From NCBI GenBank assembly GCA_963707505.1, contig CAVPQB010000005.1:1-64000 (forward strand): 64,000 nt of DNA, given 5' to 3'. Below, in pieces: positions 1 through 11,949 of this stretch. A model generated the notes under the pieces. That model did not search any database. It was not told the origin of the DNA and saw only the letters and a list, made by a program, of their open reading frames with translations. A program made the translations under genes and the position numbers. Position 1 is the first letter of the stretch, and every line of letters begins with the position of its first letter. Source of the stretch: an uncultured Gemmatimonadales bacterium (lineage in GTDB: Bacteria; Gemmatimonadota; Gemmatimonadetes; Gemmatimonadales; Gemmatimonadaceae).

Positions 1-381
1 CAACGAGCGTGGATATAATCGATGAGATCGCCGTCGGCGTACCGGGACCAAACAACTTCCCGACACCCGGCGTTTCGACGCGTCCATGTCTTCTTTCGGA
101 ATGATGACCACCACCCGTGACGAGAATGTCATCTCGTCCTTGATCGCGGATAAGTTGCAGACCCGCGGGATCAACGTCATGTGTGCGCCACTCAGAATTG
201 ACAGGCCGACCACGTCCGCGTCCTCCTGCACCGCCGCGGTGGCGATCATTTCCGGCGTCTGATGGAGGCCAGTGTAAATGACTTCCATGCCCGCATCGCG
301 TAACGCTGCGGCGACGACTTTCGCGCCACGGTCGTGGCCGTCGAGACCGGGTTTGGCAACAAGCACACGAATAGGACGCAT
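1..381 (-). CDS. Cobalamin-binding small subunit of acyl-CoA mutase (IcmB/MCM C-terminal-domain type); runs off the window
   Basis: Read by hand from ATG at 381: [44 protein letters not shown]...GLSILSGAH, with the DxHxxG B12 motif. Confidence 0.93.
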   Translation of the reverse strand, partial: MRPIRVLVAKPGLDGHDRGAKVVAAALRDAGMEVIYTGLHQTPEMIATAAVQEDADVVGLSILSGAHMTLIPRVCNLSAIKDEMTFSSRVVVIIPKEDMDASKRRVSGSCLVPVRRRRSHRLYPRSL

Positions 382-399
382 TTAGCTTTGGAAATGATG

Positions 400-2084
400 T
401 TAGAAAAGACGGGTTCACGATACGCCCCGAACACTTCTCCATGGCGGCGCGAATCTCGTACAGCGTGCAGTAGGCGCGCGCGCAGTCGAGGATGTACGGC
501 ATGAGGTTGGCGCTAGTACGCGTCGCTGCATCGCAAAGCGGCGAGACGCGTCTCGACGAGAGGGTTGTCGCGCGCCGCACGCATTTTCGCCATCCGCTGC
601 TTTGCTCGCGTTCCGTCTCCTGCGGCGATCTTGAGGAGCTGGATCGTTGAGCTCCGGCTCGTCGGTGACGAACTCATTGACGCCGACAATCACGCGGCGG
701 TGCTGCTCGATCTTCCCACTGCTGGCGCGCGGCTGATTCGGCGATCTTTCGCTGGAACCAGCCGTCGAGCCGCGCACGACTCCGCCCACTTCGTCGATCT
801 GTCGAAGAGCATCTCCGCTTCGCGCTCGAGTCGGTCGGTGAGTGGTCTCGACGTAGTACGATCCACCGAGGGGATCGATGACGTTGGGCACACCGGTCTC
901 GATACGCGAGGATCTGCTGCGTCCGGAGCGCGACCTGCACCGACTGCTCGGTCGGCAGCGCGAGCGTCTCGTCCATCGAGTTGGTGTGCAGCGACTGCGT
1001 TCCGCCCAGCACCGCGGCCATCGCCTGGTACGCGACGCGCACGATGTTGTTCATCGGCTGCTGCGCGGTGAGCGTCACGCCGGCGGTCTGGGAGTGGAAC
1101 GCATCTTCGAGCGATCGCGGGTCCTTGGCGCCGTACCGATCCTTGCAGTGCACGCGCCCAGATCCGGCGCGCCGCGCGCAGCTTGGCGATCTCCTCGAAG
1201 AAATCGTTGTGGAAGTCCAAGAAGAAGGAGAGCCGCGGCGCGAAGTCGTCGACGTCGAGTCCGCGCGCGATGCCGCGCTCGACGTACGTGAATCCGTCGC
1301 GGAGCGTGAAGGCAAGCTCCTGCGCGGCGGTCGCGCCGGCTTCGCGGATGTGATAGCCGGAGATCGAGATCGTGTTCCACTGCGGCACGTGGGCCGCGCA
1401 GACCACTCGACAGTGTCGACGATCAGCTTCAGCGACGGCTCGATGGGATAGATCCACGCGTGCTGCGCCATGATACTCCTTGAGGATGTCGTTCTGAATC
1501 GTGCCGCGCAGCTTCTGCGATGGCGACGCCCTGCTTCTCGGCTGCCGCGATGATAGAACGCAGAAGAGGATGACCGCGGGACCGTTGATCGTCATCGAGA
1601 TGGAGACCTTGTCGAGCGGAATGCCGTCGAACAGCGTCTCCATGTCGGCGAGGCTCGAGATCGCGACGCCGCACTTGCCGACTTCGCCCTCCGAGCGCGG
1701 GTGGTCGGAGTCGTAGCCCATCAAGCGTCGGGAAATCGAACGCGACGGAAAGGCCCGTCTGTCCGTGCGCGAGCAAGATACTTGTAGCGCTCATTGGTGT
1801 CCCGCGCGCGTCCCGAAGCCGGCGAACTGGCGCATCGTCCAGAGGCGTGCCGCGATACCCCGTCGGATGAATCGCCGCGGGTGTAGGGATAGACACCGGG
1901 CACCTCGCGTCCGACTCGTCGCCGCACGTCGAGCGGCGTGTAGACGGCGGATCCTTCGAGTCGCCGCAAATGTCGCGAAATCGCCCTGTCGCATGCGCGA
2001 CCGGCTCGTGCAATCGCGCCCGCCACTGCGCCACTTTCGCTCGCGCAGGCTGCTCGCAGCTCCTCTTGGATTCCAGTCGCTCAT
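400..2084 (-). CDS. Acyl-CoA mutase large substrate-binding subunit (MCM/ICM family), frameshifted in this sequence
   Basis: Fragments [101 protein letters not shown] spread over several frames. Confidence 0.92.
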
Positions 2085-3188
2085 CGGTTCGACCTCCGTC
2101 CGCCGCCGACATACGAGCGACCGCTCTCCCGAAGCAGCTCGATCTGCCGACGAGCTCGAACGGCGATCGTCAGTCCGACGCTCGAGCGCCGGGCAGCTGC
2201 GCGTCGCACCCACTGCACTCGTGCCGCGATCCTTCCACAGCCGGCCACGGATCTTTCGCTCGACCACGTCCATGACGCGCTCGCGCGAGTCGCTCTCGGC
2301 GCCGTGTCGCGCAGCGTTCCGGATGCTCAAGATAAGCGAAGTGGCGGTCGAGCGCCGCGACGAAGCTCGGCGACCCCTCTGCCCTCGTGGCGACCGCGCT
2401 GCAGCACCGGCGGCGTCCACGTCGTCGGGCTCTTCCATCCGCGGCCGCCTCGCGGCCAACCGTGATGGGTTCAGCGCTTGAGATCAACACCGTGGTGGGC
2501 GGGACTGCTGCGCGCGACGACACGCCCTTCCGCAGGCCCAGCATGAACTCAACGTCGTTACGCAGGCGATCCGCGCCCGGACGATCGGCCTTGTTGACGA
2601 CGAAGACGTCGGCGACCTCCATCACGCCGGCCTTGAGCGTCTGGATCGAATCGCCGGACTCCGGGACGAGCACGAGCGCCGTCGTATCCGCCGTGCGCGC
2701 GACGTCGAGCTCGCGATCTGCCCCACGCCGACCGTCTCGATCAGCAGCGATCGAAGCCGAACGCATCGAGCACGTCCGCGACCTCGCGCGTCGCCGCCGC
2801 AAGCCGCCGAGCGATCCGCGCGTCGCCATCGACCGGATGTAACACGCCGGGATCGAGCGCGACGTTCTCCATGCGGACCCGATCGCCGAGCAGCGCGCCG
2901 CCAGTGAACGGCGACGTTGGATCTACCGCAATCACTCCGACCTTCAGATCCCGCGTCGCGAAAGTGCTTGCACCAGGAGCGCGGTGATCGTGCTCTTGCC
3001 GGCGCCCGGCGGTCCGGTGAGCCGATGACGGCTCGCACGACCCGTACGCGGATGGAGAGTCGCGCGAGGATCTCCTCGAATCCCGCTGCGGTGGTTCTCG
3101 ACGATGCTGACCACGCGCGCCAGCGCCGCGGGTTCTCCGCGTTGAAATCGTCGAGGAGCGATCGAGCCGTGTCAGATGACGCCGGCAA
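2081..3188 (-). CDS. meaB: Acyl-CoA mutase-associated GTPase MeaB, frameshifted
   Basis: VIAVDPTSPFTGGALLGDRVRM, LIETVGVGQ, PESGDSIQTLKAGVMEVADVFVVNKADR; adjacent to the mutase genes. Confidence 0.9.
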
Positions 3189-3812
3189 GGATTCTCTCCT
3201 GTCTGCGCCACATCTCTCACTCGGTGCGCGCTTTGCCGTGGGTGTATCCCAGCACGTGCAACGTCCCGTGCACGACGTCGAGGAAGTACGCGACGGAGGC
3301 GTTTTGCCGTGATGTTCGACGCTGATTGCGTTGGAGCGCTGCACCGATCTCGGGCAGCTCGATATCGTCGACGTGCGAACGAGATCGACACGCTCGTGTC
3401 CGGCTTGGGCTTGCGTGTGGAGCGTGCCGAGGTAGCAATGGATCTCGGACGAATGTAGATGTGGCATTCGACGCTGGCCCAACGATCGTAATCGATAGCG
3501 TGTCGCCCCAGCGTCCTTTGCGCGAACCGAGATTCACGCGCCGCGGTCGGACCGGGGTGTCCCAGGACCGGCGCTTCGAGGCTCGGGCTCGAACGAGGTC
3601 ACGCGCGGACGGCGCACCGGGGTGTCCCGGTATCGGCGATTGGCGCGATACCGACGAACGCGTCCGACGGAACGTAAGGAAAGCATTGCATCCCCACACC
3701 TTCGGCAGTAAGGGTGGCGAGGGCGGCTTCCTTCACCCGCTGTCTGGAGACGAGCAGCCGTCGCACGCTCGAAGATATGTCGATCGCGAAGCCCGCGCTG
3801 CGGAGACTTCAC
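3172..3812 (-). CDS. ybeY: rRNA maturation RNase YbeY; sequence badly garbled
   Basis: C-terminal VVHGTLHVLGYTH metal motif and MWRRQERILAGVI*; N-terminal VKEAALATLTAEGV..AMLS; directly downstream of phoH. Confidence 0.75.
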
Positions 3813-3837
3813 GTTCTCAGACGCGGGCTGGCTCGGG

Positions 3838-4804
3838 TCAGACGCCCGAGACGCGAATCTTCCGCGTACGCCTTGATGATCTCGCGCACCAGACGGTGAC
3901 GCACGACGTCGGCATCGGTGAGATAATGGAAGCCGATCCCGTCGATTCCCGGCAGTATGCGCTCGATCTGAACCAGTCCCGAGTCTTCTCGTCGCCGGGC
4001 AGATCGATCTGCGTCTTGTCGCCGGTGATCACGGCCTTCGAGTTAACGCCGAGCCGCGTCAGGAACATCTTCATCTGCGCGGTGGTCGCGTTCTGCGCTT
4101 CGTCGAGAATCACGAACGCATCCGCCAGCGTGCGTCCGCGCATGTAGGCGAGCGGCGCAATCTCGATGGTGCGCGTCTCGAGCGATTTCTGCACGCGCTC
4201 GGGCGGCATCATGTCCTCGAGCGCGTCGTACAGCGGACGCAGGTACGGATCGACCTTCGCCTGCATGTCGCCGGGAAGGAAGCCGAGGCTCTCGCCCGCT
4301 TCGACCGCGGGACGCGCGAGCACAATGCGGCGGACGCGCTTGCGCGCCAGCGCGTCGACGGCCAGCGGCAACCGCGAGATACGTCTTACCGGTTCCCGCC
4401 GGTCCGATCCCGACCACGATGTCGTTTTCGGCGATCAGCTTCATGTACTCGGCCTGACCGCTCGTCTTCGCCTGGATGATCTTCCGGACGCCCGGAAGGA
4501 CGATGCGCTCGTCGGTCCGCCGTTTCCATTCCGGCGCGCACGCCTCGATGCTCATGCGCAGCACGTCGTCGGCGGTGAGCGGCATCTGCTGCTTGGCGGT
4601 GTCGATCATGCGCTGCGCGACACGGTCGCCGCGCGCTCGACGGATTCCGCGTGTTCCGCTGAGCGACAGCGTCTCGCCGCGGAGCGCGACTCGGCTCCTG
4701 ATCTGACGCGCGAGCTCGATGAGGTTCTCGTCGTTCACGCCGGCCAGCGTCAGCATGTCTGCGCCTTCGGTCGGAGGTGCTGAGATCGTGTTCGTCGCTG
4801 ACAC
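3838..4804 (-). CDS. phoH: PhoH-family ATPase (YbeZ-like), frameshift near 4375
   Basis: [64 protein letters not shown]. Confidence 0.93.
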
Positions 4805-4805
4805 G

Positions 4806-6590
<1,785 letters not shown>

Positions 6591-6706
6591 GCGGCGTGTT
6601 GGGGCAGTGCCGCGACCTGATGATATGATTGGCATGTAGATCGGTTAAATTTATGGCTGGCAACGGCTTATGGTAGGCCCTTCGCACCGTCGCCCGCCGA
6701 CCCCAC

Positions 6707-7785
6707 ATGCCCAAAATCAATCTTCTGAATCTCACGCCCGCGGACGCCGATGCGACCCTGGAGGCGTTCTTTCGCGATCGTGGCGAGCCACTGTATCGTG
6801 CTCGCCAGGTCGCGCGCAGGCTGTGGCAGGCGCCAGTCCGCTCGTTCGCAGACATCACCGAGCTGCCTGTCGCGCTCCGTGAAGCGCTCGAACAGTCGTT
6901 CGACTTGCCCGAGCTCAGCATTGCGGCGCAACAACGTCGGCCGACGGCACGCGCAAGTTTCTCTTCCGCCTGGCCGACGGCGAAGCGATCGAAACCGTGT
7001 CGATTCCGGACGACGACAGACTCACGTTGTGCATCTCATCCCAGGCCGGCTGTGCGCTTCAGTGCGCGTTCTGCGCGACCGGCAAGATGGGCTTCACGCG
7101 CAACCTGGAGCCGTACGAGATAGCCGCTCAGGTGCGCGAGATGGCTCTGCTGGACCCGCCAATCGCCGTCACCAACATCGTCTTCATGGGGATGGGCGAG
7201 CCGCTCATGAACTGGCGCGCGGTCAATTCCGCACTCACCATCCTCAACGATCCCGCCGGACTCGGCATCGGTTCGCGCCACATCACGGTGTCGACAGTCG
7301 GGATTCTGCCCGGCATCGTCGCACTCGCGGACCGTCCTGAACAGTTCCGGCTCGCGATTTCAGTGCATGCACCGACCGATGAGCTGCGTCGCAGCCTCAT
7401 GCCCATCAACACGAAGTATCCGCTCGCTGAAGTGATCGAAGCCGCGAAGCGCTTCGACCGGCGCGTCACCTTCGAGTACGTGATGCTCGGCGGTGTCAAC
7501 GATCGCGATGAGGATGCGCGCGAGTTGATGAGGCTCGCGCAGGAGTGCAAGGCGTTCGTGAATCTCATTCCGCTGCATCCTGGCGGCGCGGGTGATTTCA
7601 CACCAACCACCGCGGACTCCATACGGCGGTTCGCCGCCATGCTGCGGCGCGGTGGGTTGAGTGTCGCGATCCGCAAGAGTCGCGGAAAGGACATCGCCGC
7701 CGCGTGTGGACAGCTACGGGTAGAACGGCATCGGAGGCGGCGTCCAGTCGGTGCCGAGCACGACGGTGGCGTCGAGGTAGCGTGA
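6707..7785 (+). CDS. rlmN: Radical SAM 23S rRNA/tRNA m2A methyltransferase RlmN, frameshift near 6940
   Basis: CISSQAGCALQCAFCATG (CxxxCxxC), VFMGMGEP, TVSTVG, AISVHA, FEYVML, DIAAACGQL. Confidence 0.95.
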
Positions 7786-8145
7786 CGTATCGGGGCGAGT
7801 GACGACCTTGCCCCCAATTGCCTTGCCGATCAGCGCGGCCCACTCGGGATGATTGGATCTATCCAGTACGAGTGTCGGCGCCTGCGTCGTACGAGAATTG
7901 CCCATCGCAACGACGTCGTAGCCGCGCGCACGCAGCAGTAGCGTCGCGCGTCGCGCCGCGCCGCGGGTCGCGCTCGCGTTCAACACTTCTACCTTGATGC
8001 GCACGCCGAGCGGCGCGTGACCGACAGTAGTATCGATCTTTGCCGAGGATGCATCGGACGAAGTGCCGCGACGTTGATCGCGCTTTTTGCAGCCCACGAT
8101 CGCAAATACCGTAGCGGTCGCAAGCACTACGGAACGCCGCAACAT
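7714..8145 (-). CDS. LytR C-terminal-domain lipoprotein
   Basis: MLRRSVVLATATVFAIVGC lipobox; VEVLNAS..GAARRATLLLRARGYDVV..GN...DATVVLGTDW resembles LytR_C; start overlaps the upstream stop (TAATG). Confidence 0.75.
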   Translation of the reverse strand: MLRRSVVLATATVFAIVGCKKRDQRRGTSSDASSAKIDTTVGHAPLGVRIKVEVLNASATRGAARRATLLLRARGYDVVAMGNSRTTQAPTLVLDRSNHPEWAALIGKAIGGKVVTRPDTSRYLDATVVLGTDWTPPPMPFYP

Positions 8146-8687
8146 TACTGCAGGCTGTTCCAGAGCGTGACTGTTTCCGGGAAGATGTGATTTCCCTCGC
8201 GCACGGTCCATTCGAGACGCATCCGCACCACCTGGCGAAACACCGTTTCGAACGACGTCGGGACCTGCAGCGAAAGAAAATATCTGTCCTGCTTCATGAA
8301 CTTTCGGCCAGGCTCCAGAAAATCGGCCATGTACAGCGCGCGGCCGACGACGCCCCAGCGCGCACTCCCGACGGTATGATAGCGAATCGCGTCGAGCACA
8401 TCGGTGCGCTTCTCGCCGTGCTTTTCCAGTGTAATCGCCGCAGCGGGCCCGTGCAGCAGTCCGAACGGGCTTTCGTTGTCACCGGTTATCTCGCGCAACT
8501 CGGCTTCGGTCGCGTCACGCAATGCATCGTGCAGCACGCCAGCATCGATGAACGCGCGCGCTTCCGCCGGCGGAAGCCGCATCGCCGCTGCCCACGCATT
8601 GAGTAACGCGGTAACGCGTTGAATGTGCTCGGCGCGCTTTTCGCCCACGCGCGCCCAATCGGGAAGGTCCAGCGTCGAGCTGTGCAT
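8145..8687 (-). CDS. YqeK-like HD-domain hydrolase (probable Ap4A hydrolase)
   Basis: RAEHIQRV, GVLHDALR, LLHGPAAA, AIRYHTVG, LYMADFLEPGR. Confidence 0.8.
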   Translation of the reverse strand: MHSSTLDLPDWARVGEKRAEHIQRVTALLNAWAAAMRLPPAEARAFIDAGVLHDALRDATEAELREITGDNESPFGLLHGPAAAITLEKHGEKRTDVLDAIRYHTVGSARWGVVGRALYMADFLEPGRKFMKQDRYFLSLQVPTSFETVFRQVVRMRLEWTVREGNHIFPETVTLWNSLQ

Positions 8688-8689
8688 TG

Positions 8690-9532
8690 TCAGAGTCTGA
8701 TGTTGTCGATCAATCGAGTGCCACCGATCCGCGCCGCCACGAGTACCGAATCTCCGCTTGTCGCGACCGACGGCGTTGCAAAATCAGCTTCATTCACCAG
8801 TGCGAAATAATCAACATCGAAGGCACCGTCCTCCGCCAGGACCGCGCTCCCTCTCGCTTCGATCGCCGACGGATCGGTATTACCGGCGTGGAACGTATCC
8901 TTTGCGGTGACCAGAGCTGCATGCAGCGCCGGTGCGTGGCGGCGCGCATCGGTGTCGAGGTAGCGGTTGCGACTGGAGAGCGCGAGTCCATCGCTTTCTC
9001 GCACCGTGTCGATTGCCGTAATCTGAACCGGAAAGTTCAGATCGGCGACCATTGTGCGGATCAGCGCCAGTTGCTGAAGGTCCTTCCGTCCAAACACCGC
9101 CACATCGGGCTGCACGATGTTGAACAGCTTCGCGACCACGGTGAGCACACCGGCGAAGTGACCGGGCCGAACGGCACCCTCGAAAAGCGCAGCGAACGAT
9201 GGAGGCGTTACGGTCGTCCGCGACGTGCTTCCCGCGTACATCTCGTCCGCCGCGGGCATGAACACAATCGTCGCACCGTGCTTGGCGAGCTTCGCCGAAT
9301 CGCTCTCGGGCGTGCGCGGATAACGCGCAAGGTCCTCGTTCGGTCCGAACTGCAACGGGTTTACGAAGATGCTCACCGCGACCACGTCCGCAGTTTTCGC
9401 CGCGGCGTCGACAAGCGCGAGATGTCCCTCGTGCAGTGCCCCCATCGTCGGCACGAGCGCCACGCTCGCGCCGTTCGCGCGGAGCTCGCGCAAACGCGCA
9501 CGAATCCCGGTGATACTGCTCTCGATCAGCAT
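8690..9532 (-). CDS. panC: Pantoate--beta-alanine ligase
   Basis: VPTMGALHEGH, SIFVNPLQF, RPGHFAGV, FGRKDLQQ, GLALSSRN, RLIDN. Confidence 0.97.
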   Translation of the reverse strand: MLIESSITGIRARLRELRANGASVALVPTMGALHEGHLALVDAAAKTADVVAVSIFVNPLQFGPNEDLARYPRTPESDSAKLAKHGATIVFMPAADEMYAGSTSRTTVTPPSFAALFEGAVRPGHFAGVLTVVAKLFNIVQPDVAVFGRKDLQQLALIRTMVADLNFPVQITAIDTVRESDGLALSSRNRYLDTDARRHAPALHAALVTAKDTFHAGNTDPSAIEARGSAVLAEDGAFDVDYFALVNEADFATPSVATSGDSVLVAARIGGTRLIDNIRL

Positions 9533-9541
9533 GTGGTGTGT

Positions 9542-10354
9542 CTAGAAGCTCTGATCGGCGGACGGATAGCGATGCTCACGAACGTCGTCGCCGTATGCGC
9601 GCACGGCGTCGCGTACCGTATCGGCGAGATTCGCGTAACGCTTGAGGAAACGGGGTGAGAACTCCTCGTTCATGCCGAGCATGTCGGGAAGCACCAGCAC
9701 CTGACCGTCGCACCCCGGGCCAGCACCGATCCCGATCGTCGGAGCGCCCACGCTCGCCGTGATGCGCGCCGCCAGTCTTGCCGGCATCAGCTCCAGAACT
9801 ATCGCGAAGGCGCCCGCCTCGTCCAATCGCTTCGCTTCGGCCAGAATGCGCTCCTCTTCTTCCGCTTCCCGTCCCTGCACTCGCACGCCGATTGCATTCA
9901 CCGATTGCGGCGTGAAGCCGATGTGTCCCATCACCGGGATTCCGATCTCGACAAGACGCGCGACTGTCGCGGCGATGTGCTCGTTACCACCTTCCAGCTT
10001 CACCGCCTGCGCTCCAGTCTCGACGAGCAACCGTCCCGCATTCACGATCGCAGCGGCGGTATCGATCTGATATGTCAGGAATGGCATGTCGACGGTAACG
10101 AGTGCGCGGGAGACCCCACGACATACCGCTGCACCGTGGTAGATCATTTGATCCAATGTCACCGGCAGAGTCGATTCGAATCCCGCCACCACGTTGCCGG
10201 CGGAATCACCGACGAGCACGATGTCCACTCCAGCCTGATCTACGAGCCGGCCGAAGAGCACGTCGTACGCAGTGACGACGACGATCGGATCCTTGCCCTT
10301 GCGATCGCGAATGTCGCGAACCGTGACGGCGCGTGACGGTGGTGCGCTGCTCAA
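9542..10354 (-). CDS. panB: 3-methyl-2-oxobutanoate hydroxymethyltransferase
   Basis: TAYD, LVGDS, DMPFLTY, VKLEGG, GHIGFTPQ, PTIGIGAG..CDGQVLV. Confidence 0.97.
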   Translation of the reverse strand: MSSAPPSRAVTVRDIRDRKGKDPIVVVTAYDVLFGRLVDQAGVDIVLVGDSAGNVVAGFESTLPVTLDQMIYHGAAVCRGVSRALVTVDMPFLTYQIDTAAAIVNAGRLLVETGAQAVKLEGGNEHIAATVARLVEIGIPVMGHIGFTPQSVNAIGVRVQGREAEEEERILAEAKRLDEAGAFAIVLELMPARLAARITASVGAPTIGIGAGPGCDGQVLVLPDMLGMNEEFSPRFLKRYANLADTVRDAVRAYGDDVREHRYPSADQSF

Positions 10355-10800
10355 ATGGATACCTCTGCGAGCTCGGCAAGCTCTCGCTGCCAGAAGTCGC
10401 GGTTGTCGATTTCTATATGTGGCACCTGCAGCTCAGGCGAACTCCAGGTGGTGTGCGCATACCTGACAATGTCCAAATCTATTGTGCGCGGCCCCCAGCG
10501 GACGGTCCGAACGCGACCACCCTCACGCTCCGCCTCGTGCAGCGCCGCGAGCAATTCGGGCGGCGACAGCGAGGTACGGATCGCGACCATCTGATTCAGA
10601 TAGCGCCCCTGTGCAACGGGACCGATCGGCTCGGTTTCCTCGGCGCGGGTCACCGCCAGTATCGCAACTCCTCGAATTCTGCCAATGCGTGTCAGGGCGT
10701 CGGACAGATGTTTTCGCCGGTCGCCCACGTTGGAGCCGAGCGCGACGAAGGCGACGTCATCCATGACGTCATCCACGACGTCACGCGCGACGTCATCCAT
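10351..10800 (-). CDS. folK: 2-amino-4-hydroxy-6-hydroxymethyldihydropteridine diphosphokinase
   Basis: AFVALGSNVGDR, YLNQMV, RWGPRTIDLDI, LQVPH; start could be 10800, 10776 or 10764. Confidence 0.95.
   Translation of the reverse strand: MDDVARDVVDDVMDDVAFVALGSNVGDRRKHLSDALTRIGRIRGVAILAVTRAEETEPIGPVAQGRYLNQMVAIRTSLSPPELLAALHEAEREGGRVRTVRWGPRTIDLDIVRYAHTTWSSPELQVPHIEIDNRDFWQRELAELAEVSI
10753..10800. repeat. Four 12-bp tandem repeats (GACGTCATCCAT consensus) at the folB/folK junction
   Basis: Units gacgtcatccat / gacgtcatccac / gacgtcacgcgc / gacgtcatccat; the minus strand encodes MDDV-ARDV-VDDV-MDDV. Confidence 0.9.
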
Positions 10801-11149
10801 CTCGCTCGCGGGTGATCGAGACTTCGGCGTATTCCACCGGGCCGGGCAACGGCACATGCGGCTTTCTGATCGACACCGTGGCTGACCGCACACCTGCGAC
10901 GCGCAGTGCAGCAGCCGCGACGCGCTCGGCCGCCTCTTCGAGATACGCGATGTGACGCACGTTCATCACTTCTGCGACCGCGGTGTAAAGCGCGACGTAG
11001 TCGACGACGTGCGGCGGGCGCACATTCTCATCCACCTTTACCGAGAGATCGAGCTCAACCGGTTGCGGAAGCTGCGCCTCATGCGGTAACACTCCGACGC
11101 GCGAGTGAAAGCGCATTCCTCTGAGCGAAACAGTGTCGGACATTCTCAC
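10793..11149 (-). CDS. folB: Dihydroneopterin aldolase
   Basis: DTVSLRGMRFHSRVGVLPHE..PQPVELDL, VDYVALY, LEEAAERVA, VSIRKP. Confidence 0.92.
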   Translation of the reverse strand: MRMSDTVSLRGMRFHSRVGVLPHEAQLPQPVELDLSVKVDENVRPPHVVDYVALYTAVAEVMNVRHIAYLEEAAERVAAAALRVAGVRSATVSIRKPHVPLPGPVEYAEVSITRERDG

Positions 11150-11949
11150 CCTGCGTTGTCGATCCCAGCACGGAGGGACCGCGTGAGTGCGATCGCCGCA
11201 TCAACGCTCGTTCCCGCCGCCCGGACGATCGCGCTTCCCACCACAACGCCGTCGGCGACAGCCGCAACGGTAGCGGCCTGACGTGCGTCCGTCACACCGA
11301 AGCCGACGCAGATAGGCAACGTGGTGACCGAACGCAGACGCTCGACCGTAGCGCCAAGTTCCGGGGCGATCCGCTGCTGCATACCTGTGACGCCGAGCCG
11401 GCTGATGAGATAGACGAATCCGCTGCCATTCTGTGCGATGAGCTTCATTCGATCAACCGGAGTGGTTGGTGCGACGAGTCGGATGAACGCAAGCGGGCTG
11501 GCCGTAAAGCGAGCCTCGAGCGGCGGATCTGCGCCCACCGGAAGGTCGGTAATCAGCAAGCCGTCGCATCCCGCCTTCACTATCCGATCCAGTGCGCCCT
11601 CGCCGGCAGCGAGAAACGGATTGAGATACCCGAACAGAACCACCGGAACGCCGAGAGCCGCTTCAGCGACGATTTCGAGCACGCCGCTGAATGTCGTGCC
11701 CGCGTCGAGCGCGATCTGCGAGCTTGCCTGAATGACCGGCCCGTCAGCGAGCGGGTCGGAGAACGGCACGCCCACTTCAACTATGTCGGCGCCGGCGTCT
11801 TCCAGGCCGCGCAGCAAGGCTATCGAGCGAGCGCGGTCGGGATGTCCGGCTGTCGCGTAGCACACGAGCGCCTTTCTGCCCTGGTCGCGCAGAAAAGCGA
11901 ACCGCTCGTCGATTCTGTTAGATGACGTAATCGCTAACCCTGATGCCAT
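11146..11949 (-). CDS. trpA: Tryptophan synthase alpha subunit
   Basis: YATAGHP, EVGVPFSDPLADGPVIQ, LVAPTT, GFVYLISRLGVTG, VGFGV, ADGVVVGSAIV; start 11949 inferred. Confidence 0.96.
   Translation of the reverse strand: MASGLAITSSNRIDERFAFLRDQGRKALVCYATAGHPDRARSIALLRGLEDAGADIVEVGVPFSDPLADGPVIQASSQIALDAGTTFSGVLEIVAEAALGVPVVLFGYLNPFLAAGEGALDRIVKAGCDGLLITDLPVGADPPLEARFTASPLAFIRLVAPTTPVDRMKLIAQNGSGFVYLISRLGVTGMQQRIAPELGATVERLRSVTTLPICVGFGVTDARQAATVAAVADGVVVGSAIVRAAGTSVDAAIALTRSLRAGIDNAG

Noticed and set aside
3380..3700. Internal duplication in ybeY (ACCGGGGTGTCCC at 3551 and 3616; second LSIT-like segment)
   Set aside because: Garbled, degenerate copies within an over-long conserved gene look like consensus stutter, not a repeat array or insertion
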